The translations under genes were made by a program, and so were the position numbers. Below are positions 1 to 8,942 of a stretch of 32,287 bases of DNA, in pieces. Where the stretch lies: contig JAQUKH010000029.1 in the NCBI GenBank assembly GCA_028719205.1, positions 1 through 32,287 of the forward strand, in the 5' to 3' direction. Origin of the DNA: a bacterium. Its GTDB lineage: Bacteria; JACRDZ01; JAQUKH01. Position 1 is the first letter of the stretch; the number at the start of each line of letters is the position of its first letter. The notes below the pieces were generated by a model. It was given only the letters and a program-made list of their open reading frames with translations. It was not told where the DNA came from and did no database searches.

Positions 1-1
1 A

Positions 2-490
2 AAGGAAATGCTTGGACAGGCCAGGCTCATTTCAAAGTGGGCAAAAAATATTGTGATCAAGATCCCAATAATCAACGCGGACGGTGTTCCATGCACTAAT
101 GTAGTAAAACAATTGGAAGAAGAAGGCATAAAGGTTAACGCGACGCTTATTTTGTCTTTCGGACAGTTTATTCTGGCGGTTAAGTCAAATGCCACATACG
201 CGAGTGTTTTCGCGGGCAGGGTGGAAGATGAGGGTCATGATTCCGCGTTGCTTGTCAACCAATGCTGCGAATTTCTTTCACATTGGCCTGACTACAAGAC
301 TAAAATTATTGTCGCGAGTATCCGCGGGATACGGGATATTCAGGATTCAGCGGTAGCCGGAGCGCACATTTTAACGATCCCGCCAAGCTTAATTAACAGG
401 ATGGCTGATCATAGAAATACACGGTTCGGAGTAAAAACTTTTATCGATGATACCGCGAAATCCATGGAAGCGGCAAAAAACAAAAAATGA
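2..490 (+). CDS. Transaldolase/fructose-6-phosphate aldolase family protein, 5'-truncated by window edge
   Basis: Motifs IVIKIP, KVNATL, YASVFAGRVED, IIVASIR and GAHILTIPP of the short transaldolase family. The frame is open back to the window start. Confidence 0.85.
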   Translation, partial: KEMLGQARLISKWAKNIVIKIPIINADGVPCTNVVKQLEEEGIKVNATLILSFGQFILAVKSNATYASVFAGRVEDEGHDSALLVNQCCEFLSHWPDYKTKIIVASIRGIRDIQDSAVAGAHILTIPPSLINRMADHRNTRFGVKTFIDDTAKSMEAAKNKK

Positions 491-594
491 ACGCCCCCAA
501 CCCCCTCTTTGTAAAAGAGGGGAAGAAGATAGAAGAAGTGAAATATTTTCCCTTTGATCCCCCTCTTTTTTTAAAGAGGGGGGCAGGGGGAGTT
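490..594. repeat. REP-like inverted pair of CCCCTCTTT-Nn-AAAGAGGGG hairpins
   Basis: Hairpins at 502-522 and 559-582 with C-rich left and G-rich right flanks, lying between the transaldolase stop and the likely ispG start. Confidence 0.75.
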
Positions 595-603
595 AAATTA
601 GGT

Positions 604-1665
604 ATGAAGACAAAACGCAGAAAATCAAGAAAAATAAAAGTAGGTGGTCTCTTTATCGGAGGCAATTCTCCGGTAACGGTCCAGTCAATGACTAAGACCG
701 ATACGCGTGATATTACCGCGACAGTAAAGCAGATAAGGTCTCTGGAAAAAGCCGGATGCGAAATCATCAGGGTTGCTGTTTTGAACCTTGAAGCGGCAGC
801 TTGTTTAGGTAAAATTAAAAAGAAAATAAGTATTCCTCTGGTTGCGGATATTCATTTTGATTACAGGCTTGCCCTGGAAGCGATAAGGCAGGGAGTTGAT
901 AAAGTAAGGATCAATCCCGGGAATATAGGGGATATCGGACATGTCCGTCAGGTGGTAGAAGCGGCTAAAGACAGAGGGGTTCCTATACGTATTGGTGTTA
1001 ACAGCGGCTCAATAGAAAAAAAACTTTTACTAAAATATGGAGCAACTTCCCGCGCGATGGTAGAAAGCGCGTTATCCGAGATCTCCCTTTTTGAAAAAGA
1101 AAAATTTTCAGATATAATTATTTCCCTTAAAGGTTCCGATGTCCCGATGACTGTTGAGGCATATCAAATGCTTTCGGAAAAATGCGATTATCCTCTGCAT
1201 TTAGGGATCACTTCGGCCGGCCCGGTTTACCAGGGTATGATAAAATCAAGTATAGGTATCGGATCGCTTCTCCTGCGGGGAATAGGTGATACAATAAGGG
1301 TTTCATTAACATCCCGGCCTGAAGATGAAGTTGTTTTGGGTTATAAAATATTAGAGTCCGTTGGTTTGAGAAAAACAGGTCCGGAGATTATTTCCTGTCC
1401 GACTTGCGGCAGGTGTGAAGTTGATTTGATCAGGCTAACTGAAAAGGTTGAAAACGCCCTTAAAGTAATAAAAAAACCGATAAAGGTGGCTGTAATGGGC
1501 TGTGCGGTTAACGGGCCGGGAGAAGCACGCGAGGCGGATATAGGTATCGCGTCAGGAAAAGGCTGCGGGCTATTGTTTAAAAAAGGGAAGATCATCAGAA
1601 AAATACCGGAAAAGGATCTATTCTCCACGCTTATGAAAGAAATCCGTATTATTACGTCTTCTTGA
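604..1665 (+). CDS. ispG: (E)-4-hydroxy-3-methylbut-2-enyl-diphosphate synthase
   Basis: VQSMT, PLVADIHF, RINPGNIG, RIGVNSGS, GIGDTIRVSL, SCPTCGR, VMGCAVNGPGEA. Start moved to ATG 604 because 487-603 is a palindromic repeat. Confidence 0.97.
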   Translation: MKTKRRKSRKIKVGGLFIGGNSPVTVQSMTKTDTRDITATVKQIRSLEKAGCEIIRVAVLNLEAAACLGKIKKKISIPLVADIHFDYRLALEAIRQGVDKVRINPGNIGDIGHVRQVVEAAKDRGVPIRIGVNSGSIEKKLLLKYGATSRAMVESALSEISLFEKEKFSDIIISLKGSDVPMTVEAYQMLSEKCDYPLHLGITSAGPVYQGMIKSSIGIGSLLLRGIGDTIRVSLTSRPEDEVVLGYKILESVGLRKTGPEIISCPTCGRCEVDLIRLTEKVENALKVIKKPIKVAVMGCAVNGPGEAREADIGIASGKGCGLLFKKGKIIRKIPEKDLFSTLMKEIRIITSS

Positions 1666-1690
1666 CTATCACACTAAAATCGATTATAAT
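1662..1690 (+). promoter_or_regulatory. Sigma70-type promoter for the pncC-thpR-recA(-alaS) operon
   Basis: TTGACT (1662-1667), 17-bp spacer, TATAAT (1685-1690), 22 bp upstream of ATG 1713. Confidence 0.7.
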
Positions 1691-1712
1691 ACTTTAATTT
1701 TACAATATAAAA

Positions 1713-2204
1713 ATGACAACAGAAAATAAACCGGTCGAATCGGAAATCAAAGATATATTTATTAAGAAAAAAATGACCCTGGCTGTCGCTGAATCCTGCA
1801 CCGGAGGTTTGGCCGGGCACAGGATAACAAATGTTCCCGGGAGTTCAAAGTTTTTTGAAATGTCGCTTGTGTCTTACAGCGATGAGGTTAAAAACAAGGT
1901 TTTGGGCGTCCCGATTGATGTTATCCGGGAATTCGGGGCGGTAAGTTCCCAGGTGGCGACGGCTATGGCTAAACGCGCGAAGAAAATGGCGCTTACTAAT
2001 GTAGGTTTAGGAATAACCGGGATTGCCGGGCCTGACGGCGGGACCAAAGAAAAACCTGTCGGGTTGGTTTATATAGCCATAGTTACTGATGATAAGATCA
2101 TTTGCAAAGAATATCAATTTGACGGTGAGAGACAGGAAATTAAAGAAAAGATAGTTCAAAAAGCGCTGGAATTGTTACGTGAAATTTTCACAAATCCAAG
2201 TTAA
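1713..2204 (+). CDS. pncC: CinA C-terminal domain / nicotinamide-mononucleotide deamidase
   Basis: LAVAESCTGG, VPGSS, GAVS, ITGIAGPDGG and KPVGLVYI motifs; usual position upstream of recA. Confidence 0.9.
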   Translation: MTTENKPVESEIKDIFIKKKMTLAVAESCTGGLAGHRITNVPGSSKFFEMSLVSYSDEVKNKVLGVPIDVIREFGAVSSQVATAMAKRAKKMALTNVGLGITGIAGPDGGTKEKPVGLVYIAIVTDDKIICKEYQFDGERQEIKEKIVQKALELLREIFTNPS

Positions 2205-2221
2205 TATAAAATATTAGCATA

Positions 2222-2809
2222 ATGGAACAGGTGCGGGTTTTTATATCTATAAACTTTCCTTCTGAGACCAAATTGAAGCTGTCCGGTTTTGTTTCGGGCC
2301 TTCGCGATAAATTTTCAGATGTCCGGTGGGTAAATGATGAGAGTTTGCATTTAACGCTTAAATTTTTAGGTGAAATACCAGCAAATGATCTGGATAAGTT
2401 ATATTTGGGATGTCAAAACGCTGTTTCGCATATTGCTTCGTTCAGTTTTTATTGCGAAGGTTTAGGGATGTTTCCGAATGAGCAATTTCCCCGTGTTGTG
2501 TGGCTAGGAATAAAGAAGGGTGAAACAGAACTTAAAGCTTTAGTTTGTAAATTAGAAGCTGATCTTGCAAAACAGGGTTTCCCAAATGAAAGAAGGGATT
2601 ATAAGCCTCATCTTACTTTAGGCCGGATAAAAACAGCAAATAATTCTACTAAAAAATTGTGGAAGGATCTAAGCCCGTACCATAGTTTTTGTTTAGGAGA
2701 GATTGTTGCGGATAGAATTTGTGTGATGAAAAGCGTGCTTGGTTCAAGCGGCGCAGAACATTTTGTTTTAAAAGAGTTCAAACTAGGAGGAAATAAAAAT
2801 GAACGATAA
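2222..2809 (+). CDS. thpR: RNA 2',3'-cyclic phosphodiesterase (2H phosphoesterase, LigT)
   Basis: Two HxT motifs ([16 protein letters not shown]) and PRVVWLG. Confidence 0.92.
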   Translation: MEQVRVFISINFPSETKLKLSGFVSGLRDKFSDVRWVNDESLHLTLKFLGEIPANDLDKLYLGCQNAVSHIASFSFYCEGLGMFPNEQFPRVVWLGIKKGETELKALVCKLEADLAKQGFPNERRDYKPHLTLGRIKTANNSTKKLWKDLSPYHSFCLGEIVADRICVMKSVLGSSGAEHFVLKEFKLGGNKNER

Positions 2810-3863
2810 CCGCGCTAAAGCATTAGAGACCGCGTTACTGCAGATAGAGAAACAGTTTGGTAAAGGTTCCATAATGAAATTAGGGGAAGAGTCCGCTAAG
2901 AGAGATATTCCGTCCATCTCAACCAGCGCTATTTCATTGGATATGGCATTAGGTGTCGGTGGTATTCCACGCGGGAGAGTGATAGAGATATATGGGCAGG
3001 AATCCTCGGGTAAGACGACCTTGTGCCTTCAAGTAATATCTAACGCGCAGAAAAAGGGAGGCGTATGCGCGTTTATTGACGCTGAACACGCGCTGGACCC
3101 GGCCTACGCGAAAAAAATAGGGGTTGATATAGATAATCTTCTGGTTTCTCAGCCTGATACAGGAGAACAGGCATTGGAAATATGCGAAACCTTAGTTAGA
3201 AGCGGGGCAATTGATGTTGTTGTTATTGATTCCGTCGCTGCTTTAGTTCCTAAGGCTGAAATTGAGGGTGACATGGGAGATTCTCATATGGGGCTCCAGG
3301 CAAGATTGATGTCCCAGGCGCTGAGGAAATTGACTTCGTGTATCCATACATCAAAAACTTGTGTTATTTTTATAAATCAGGTTAGGGAAAAGATCGGGAT
3401 CGTGTTTGGAAATCCGCAGACTACACCCGGCGGCAGGGCACTGAAGTTTTATGCATCTGTAAGGCTCGAGGTCAGTAAGGTTGCTCCGATCAAAGAGGGA
3501 GAAGTTGTAATCGGGTATACTACCCGGGTTAAAGTGGTTAAAAATAAGGTTGCCGCTCCTTTCAGGATGGCGGAATTTGATCTGATGTTTGATGAAGGTA
3601 TTTCCCGTGTCGGAAGCCTTTTGGATGTCGCTGTGCAATTCGCGATCATTGAAAAAAGCGGGTCCTGGTATACCTATAATGGTGAACGTATAGGGCAAGG
3701 CAGGGAGAACGCGAAAGGCTTTTTAAAAGGCAACCTGAAGCTTGCGGATGAGATTGAAGCGAAGATCAGGGCAAAAGCGGGATTAGTTAGTACGGAAGCA
3801 AAGGGTGCGGCGCAGGGAGCGGAAAGCAAAGAGCCGAAAGTGAAAACAAAAGAAAAAGCATAG
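2799..3863 (+). CDS. recA: Recombinase RecA
   Basis: [11 protein letters not shown], Walker [38 protein letters not shown] upstream. Confidence 0.99.
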   Translation: MNDNRAKALETALLQIEKQFGKGSIMKLGEESAKRDIPSISTSAISLDMALGVGGIPRGRVIEIYGQESSGKTTLCLQVISNAQKKGGVCAFIDAEHALDPAYAKKIGVDIDNLLVSQPDTGEQALEICETLVRSGAIDVVVIDSVAALVPKAEIEGDMGDSHMGLQARLMSQALRKLTSCIHTSKTCVIFINQVREKIGIVFGNPQTTPGGRALKFYASVRLEVSKVAPIKEGEVVIGYTTRVKVVKNKVAAPFRMAEFDLMFDEGISRVGSLLDVAVQFAIIEKSGSWYTYNGERIGQGRENAKGFLKGNLKLADEIEAKIRAKAGLVSTEAKGAAQGAESKEPKVKTKEKA

Positions 3864-3867
3864 AAAT

Positions 3868-3957
3868 ATAGGGGCGAACCCATGTGTTTGCCCTGTACCA
3901 TACGGTACGTTTCGCCCAATTTAACAAAGAAGGGCAGACACATGGGTCTGCCCCTAC
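3868..3957. repeat. GTAG-family REP doublet (REPIN/BIME-like)
   Basis: ATAGGGGCGAACCCATGTGTTTGCCC (3868-3893) and, inverted, GGGCAGACACATGGGTCTGCCCCTAC (3932-3957; reverse complement GTAGGGGCAGACCCATGTGTCTGCCC). Confidence 0.8.
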
Positions 3958-3969
3958 GAGATAAATATA

Positions 3970-6585
3970 ATGACAGGTAATGAAATCAGAAAAAAGTTTT
4001 TGGAATATTTTGGAAATAAGGATCATTTGATCTGTCCTTCAGCTTCTTTGGTTCCGGATGACCCGAGTGTTTTATTTTCTATAGCCGGGATGGTGCAGTT
4101 CAAAAAGAATTTTCTCGGAGAAGAGCGTTTATCCAAGCCGCGGGCGGTATCATCGCAAAAGTGCCTGCGGACAAATGATCTTGAAAATGTGGGTAAAACA
4201 GCGCGACATCATACTTTTTTTGAAATGCTTGGTAATTTCTCTTTTGGCGATTATTTCAAAGAAGAGGCGATACAATGGGGCTGGGAATTTATAACAAAAG
4301 AAATGGGAATTTCATCCAAAGACCTTTGGGTTTCTATTTATAAAGAAGATGATGATGCCTTGAAAATTTGGAAGAAACATCTGCCGGAAAGCAGGATCGT
4401 CCGTTTAGGTGAAGACAGCAATTTCTGGACCATGGGGCCGACCGGTCCGTGCGGGCCGTGTTCGGAGATAATTATTGACCTCGGGGATAAACGGGGATGC
4501 AATGGGCCTGATTGCCGTGTAGGCTGTAACTGTGACCGTTATCTTGAATTGTGGAACCTGGTTTTTACTCAATTTAACCGTGATGAAAACGGCAAGCTCC
4601 ATCCTTTGCCGCAAAAAAATATTGATACGGGAATGGGGCTTGAAAGATTAGCCTCTGTTATACAAAATACGCCTACTAATTTTGAGACGGATCTTATAAA
4701 ACCGATCATTGATAATATTAAAGGCCTGGCCAATTTAGAAGATCAAACAGATCTGAAACAGAGTATATCCTTTAAGATCATCGCGGACCATATCCGCGCG
4801 ATTACCTTTTTGATCTCTGACGGTGTTCATCCGGGTAATGAAGGAAGAGGTTATGTCCTTAGAAGATTGATCAGGAGGGCGGTCCGTCATGGCAGGCTGC
4901 TCGGGATCGACAAGAAATTTCTTTATATTACAAGCGGAGAAGTTGTCCATCTGATGAAGGACGCGTATCCCGAATTGCATTCAAGAAGGGATTATATCGC
5001 TCAATTGATCGTTTCGGAAGAGGATAGATTCAGGGAGACACTTCGACAGGGTATGAATCTGCTGGAAGATATTATCCGGGATCTGAAAAAAAACGGGAAA
5101 AAACTTATGCTGGGGAGTGAAGTGTTTAAACTTTATGATACTTTCGGTTTTCCATTGGATCTGACGCAGGAGATCCTCGCCGAGGAAAATTTGTCACTCG
5201 ATGAGAAGGAATTTTGCGCCCTTTTGGAAGAACAAAAGAAACAGGCAAGAAAGTTCTGGAAAGGATCAGGAGATGAAGAACTTAATCCTCTCTGGGCAAA
5301 ACTCAATACCCTGTTTTCTGAAACGGAATTTACCGGTTATGAAAAAGAAAAGTCGGAATCTGAGATAGTAGGAATTGTAAAAAATAACGAATTGGCCGAT
5401 AACGCGGAGCAAGGTGAAGAAGCGGAATTTATTTTGAATTTATCTCCGTTTTATGGGGAGTCAGGCGGACAGGTTGGAGATAAAGGAATATTTTTTTCTG
5501 AAGGAAAACGGGTTGAGATCTCAGATACAAAGAAGATAGGAAAAGGAATTTTTCTGCATAAAGGCAAAGTAGTTAAGGGTAATATATCCCGTCATGACCA
5601 GATTTCAGCGGTAATTGATATTAAAAACCGGTTGAATATTGCCCGTAATCATTCTTCAACGCATCTTTTGCAGAGCAGCCTGCGAAAAATATTAGGAAAT
5701 CATGTCGAACAAAGCGGTTCTCTGGTAGGGCCCGATTCTTTTCGTTTTGATTATTCACATTTTTCGCATTTATCGCCCGATGAGACAGAAAGAATAGAGG
5801 ACCTGGTAAATGAAAAGATCAGGGAGAATCTTCACGTTCAAACTAAAGAAACCTCACTTAAAGAGGCTGTTAAAATGGGCGCTACGGCTTTGTTCGGTGA
5901 AAAATATACTGACCGTGTCAGGGTGGTAAAAATAGAGGATTTCAGCCTGGAATTATGCGGCGGAACGCATGTGAAAAGGACCGGGGATATCGGCGCGTTT
6001 AAAATAATTTCTGATCAGGGTATTTCTTCAGGGATCCGGCGGATTGAAGCAGTGACGGGGTATTCCGTCATTAAACTTTTAAGGGAAAAAGAAGCTATGC
6101 TTCAGGAGCTGGCGGAAAAATTTAAATCCAACCAGGGAGAATTGCTTCCGAGGGCGGATAAATTTATTCATGAATATAAAAATATGGAAAAGGAATTGGC
6201 CCGCCAAAAAGAAAATGTTATGAAAGATAAAATGCGTGATCTTGTAAATGATTATGAGGATATAGGCGGGATTAAAATTGTGGTTAAAAAAGTGGAAGAA
6301 ATGGATATGGATGTTTTAAGAAAATCAGTGGATAATATTAAAATGAAATTAAATTCCGGAATAATAGTTTTAGGAAGTATAATGGACGGGAAACCTCTTA
6401 TTTGCGTTGGGGTAACAAAAGATTTGACAAAAAAATACCAGGCTGATAGAATCCTTAAGGATTTAACCAGATATATTGACGGCGGCGGCGGCGGGCGGGT
6501 TGATTTTGCCGTTGGAGGCGGTAAAAAAGTTGAAGGTTTGGATAACGCTTTAAAAGAGGCCAGGGAAATCATAAGAAAATTATGA
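3970..6585 (+). CDS. alaS: Alanine--tRNA ligase
   Basis: AGMVQFK, RHHTFFEMLGNFSFGDYFK, IDTGMGLER, editing-domain motifs HSSTH and ELCGGTH, C-terminal GGGGG. Confidence 0.99.
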   Translation: MTGNEIRKKFLEYFGNKDHLICPSASLVPDDPSVLFSIAGMVQFKKNFLGEERLSKPRAVSSQKCLRTNDLENVGKTARHHTFFEMLGNFSFGDYFKEEAIQWGWEFITKEMGISSKDLWVSIYKEDDDALKIWKKHLPESRIVRLGEDSNFWTMGPTGPCGPCSEIIIDLGDKRGCNGPDCRVGCNCDRYLELWNLVFTQFNRDENGKLHPLPQKNIDTGMGLERLASVIQNTPTNFETDLIKPIIDNIKGLANLEDQTDLKQSISFKIIADHIRAITFLISDGVHPGNEGRGYVLRRLIRRAVRHGRLLGIDKKFLYITSGEVVHLMKDAYPELHSRRDYIAQLIVSEEDRFRETLRQGMNLLEDIIRDLKKNGKKLMLGSEVFKLYDTFGFPLDLTQEILAEENLSLDEKEFCALLEEQKKQARKFWKGSGDEELNPLWAKLNTLFSETEFTGYEKEKSESEIVGIVKNNELADNAEQGEEAEFILNLSPFYGESGGQVGDKGIFFSEGKRVEISDTKKIGKGIFLHKGKVVKGNISRHDQISAVIDIKNRLNIARNHSSTHLLQSSLRKILGNHVEQSGSLVGPDSFRFDYSHFSHLSPDETERIEDLVNEKIRENLHVQTKETSLKEAVKMGATALFGEKYTDRVRVVKIEDFSLELCGGTHVKRTGDIGAFKIISDQGISSGIRRIEAVTGYSVIKLLREKEAMLQELAEKFKSNQGELLPRADKFIHEYKNMEKELARQKENVMKDKMRDLVNDYEDIGGIKIVVKKVEEMDMDVLRKSVDNIKMKLNSGIIVLGSIMDGKPLICVGVTKDLTKKYQADRILKDLTRYIDGGGGGRVDFAVGGGKKVEGLDNALKEAREIIRKL

Positions 6586-6631
6586 ATTTTAGATAATAAA
6601 TTTAAGATTACTACAAAGAAAGGAGTAAATA

Positions 6632-6721
6632 ATGGGCTGCGGGAAAAAAAGAAAAAAGACAAAAATAGCGACTCACAAAAGAAAGAAAAGACGGAGAGCT
6701 ATGAGACATAAGAATAAATAA
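6632..6721 (+). CDS. Small basic protein, bS22/mS38 (AURKAIP1/COX24-domain) ribosomal protein-like, 29 aa
   Basis: Hand translation MGCGKKRKKTKIATHKRKKRRRAMRHKNK, with strong RBS AAAGGAG before ATG 6632. Matches the GKKRKxxKxxTHKRKKRxRxxRHK pattern. Confidence 0.8.
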   Translation: MGCGKKRKKTKIATHKRKKRRRAMRHKNK

Positions 6722-6831
6722 TTAAGTGATAGTTTACATTATCCGATATTATAATAAAGTTAAGTTTATATAATAAGTTTTTTAAAAATAGACCAAAGGC
6801 GAAAGGCGCCTGAAGTCTAAAGGAATTTAAC

Positions 6832-7011
6832 ATGTCGGAAAGGGTTGAAAATTTAAAAGTTAAATGCTTTATGTGCCAGAACATCGCCGCAAAGATCAAA
6901 GAGAACAAGGTCTTGACCAGTGGAGAAGAGTATCATTTAACTACGGACCTTTCAGCTATTGAAAAATTGCGGAAGATAAGTTTTAACAGCGTCAGGCAAG
7001 AGATGAAATGA
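6832..7011 (+). CDS. Small hypothetical protein, 59 aa, with CxxC
   Basis: MSERVENLKVKCFMCQNIAAKIKENKVLTSGEEYHLTTDLSAIEKLRKISFNSVRQEMK. AAAGGA RBS; stop overlaps the next start (ATGA, 7008-7011). Confidence 0.55.
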   Translation: MSERVENLKVKCFMCQNIAAKIKENKVLTSGEEYHLTTDLSAIEKLRKISFNSVRQEMK

Positions 7012-7517
7012 GAAGGGTGAAAACATGCCTTGTCTTTTTATTGGCAGGTATAATTTTTTATTGTAATGGAGTAATTGCCAGTGAGATAGAAAAAGAAAGG
7101 CTGCCGCCCAATCGAGTGACTCGCCTTTCTATCATTCCGGGAATGGGCCAATTCTATAATAAAAAAAGAACTAAGGCATGGACCATAATTGGTTTAGAAG
7201 TGGGAGCGATTACCGGCACTCTGGTATTTCATCAGCGCCAGATAAAAGCTTATCGCAACTGGGAGGCGGTTTCTGAACTTGATGAGAAAAAGAGGGGTGT
7301 CTCCCGGCAAAAGCTTGAGGATATTCGCAGGGCCAGGAATACATTTATCTGGCTTGGAGGGTTGTTGTGGGTTTATAATATAGCGGATGCATATGTTGAC
7401 GCGCATTTTTATAAATTTGACGAGCGCAAGAGGGGATCCGAAAAGAGTGGTTTTTATATACTTCCGGAAGGTAATGATCTTAAAACAATTTCATTAATAT
7501 GGGAAAAAAATTTTTAA
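7008..7517 (+). CDS. Membrane protein, DUF5683-like
   Basis: Signal-like N-terminus, SIIPGMGQFYN motif, hydrophobic segments, WVYNIADAYVDA. Confidence 0.6.
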   Translation: MRRVKTCLVFLLAGIIFYCNGVIASEIEKERLPPNRVTRLSIIPGMGQFYNKKRTKAWTIIGLEVGAITGTLVFHQRQIKAYRNWEAVSELDEKKRGVSRQKLEDIRRARNTFIWLGGLLWVYNIADAYVDAHFYKFDERKRGSEKSGFYILPEGNDLKTISLIWEKNF

Positions 7518-7544
7518 ATTAGTACAGGGGAGGATGATTACAAA

Positions 7545-8090
7545 ATGAAAAAAAATATTACGGAAAAAGAACAGATCATTGAAAAAACAGAGGATGTAAG
7601 TGTAATAGAAGAAAATATTCCTGAAGCGCCGCATGAAGAGTTAATGGAAAAAGAGACTAAAATTTTTAAAAATTTACTTGAGTCCAGACAAACAGACCAG
7701 CTTTACAAGAAATACGGGCTTACTTTGCTTTATTCTTTAGATTGTCAGGATATGGTTGGATATGAGAAGGAATTAGGAATAAAACCCCAGACTGCTGTTG
7801 ATTATTATAATCATGGTGTTTATTCCGCGCTAAATAAAAGTAATAATTCTCAGGCTATGAAATATTTTCAAAAAACAATTGAGATGGATAATAAATTTTC
7901 GCAGGCGCACTACAATATGGCTTTGATCTATCAGGCAGGGAAAGAAGACAAATTGGCGAAGAAAGAGCTCGCGGAATTTATCCGGTTAGAAGAAGAAAGA
8001 ACAAAGTTTGCTGATAAAGAAAGGGAACCCGCGGAAGGCCAGGTGAATTATTTAGAAGAAGCAAAAAAAATGTTGAAGGCATTGAAATAA
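7545..8090 (+). CDS. Tetratricopeptide repeat protein
   Basis: TPR-like segments YYNHGV...AMKYFQKTIEMDNKFSQAHYNMALIY; RBS GGGAGG. Confidence 0.65.
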   Translation: MKKNITEKEQIIEKTEDVSVIEENIPEAPHEELMEKETKIFKNLLESRQTDQLYKKYGLTLLYSLDCQDMVGYEKELGIKPQTAVDYYNHGVYSALNKSNNSQAMKYFQKTIEMDNKFSQAHYNMALIYQAGKEDKLAKKELAEFIRLEEERTKFADKEREPAEGQVNYLEEAKKMLKALK

Positions 8091-8093
8091 AAA

Positions 8094-8867
8094 ATGCGCG
8101 ATATAAAAATTTGTGTTCTGGGCAGCGGAAGCAGCGGAAATAGTATATTTATTTCTTCAGGGAAAACAAATATCCTGGTTGATTTTGGTTTTTCAGAAAA
8201 AGAAATAAAAAAGAGGCTTCAAAAAATAGATATAAAATTATCCGATATAAACGCCATCCTGGTTACGCATGAACATTCAGATCATTCAAGGGGCCTTGGA
8301 AAAATAACGGAAAAGATCGCGGGGCAAATATATATTAATGAATTAACTTATCAGTCGATCGAATCCCAGATAGAATGTGAAAATATTATAAAGATCACAA
8401 ATTCCGATATTTTTGAAATCGGAGATTTTTTAATTAAACCGTTTTCTATTTTCCATGACGCTTCTGACCCTTGCGGTTATTCAATATTCTGCAATGATAA
8501 AAAAATAACATTAGCAACCGATCTCGGAATTGTTAATAATACTGTGCTGCAAAATATGGCAGATTCAAATGCTGTTATAATAGAATCTAATTATGACCAG
8601 AAAATGCTTATGGATGGAAATTATCCATGGCATCTTAAGAACAGAATACTTGGCAGAGAAGGACACCTTTCCAATCATGATGCCGGAAAAATGCTCCAGC
8701 AAGTTATGCATTCCGGGTTAGAATATGTGTTTTTATTCCATCTAAGCGAAGAGAATAACACGCCTCAAGCCGCTGTAAATACGGTAAAAACCTATATACC
8801 CTGCGATACCAAGCCAAAAATATTATGTTCCTCACAAGATGATATAAGCGGTTATTTTTACTTATGA
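8094..8867 (+). CDS. MBL-fold metallo-hydrolase, YycJ/WalJ-like
   Basis: LGSGSSGN, THEHSDH, HDA, ATDLG, IESNYD, GHLSN, HLSEENN. Confidence 0.88.
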   Translation: MRDIKICVLGSGSSGNSIFISSGKTNILVDFGFSEKEIKKRLQKIDIKLSDINAILVTHEHSDHSRGLGKITEKIAGQIYINELTYQSIESQIECENIIKITNSDIFEIGDFLIKPFSIFHDASDPCGYSIFCNDKKITLATDLGIVNNTVLQNMADSNAVIIESNYDQKMLMDGNYPWHLKNRILGREGHLSNHDAGKMLQQVMHSGLEYVFLFHLSEENNTPQAAVNTVKTYIPCDTKPKILCSSQDDISGYFYL

Positions 8868-8942
8868 TCTGACTCTTATTCTAATGTTTGACAACAGGAA
8901 AAAAATATGTCATACTGTTTTTTTAAATGGGAGGAAAGAATT

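Noticed and set aside
487-603. 39-aa N-terminal extension of IspG in the ORF track
   Set aside because: It is the translation of a palindromic repeat; IspG homology starts at ATG 604.
6790-6830. Possible c-di-GMP-I riboswitch (GGCGAAAGG...GTCTAAAGG)
   Set aside because: It lacks the GGCAAA-stem-GAAA-stem-GACGCAAAG architecture; only a short hairpin is supportable.
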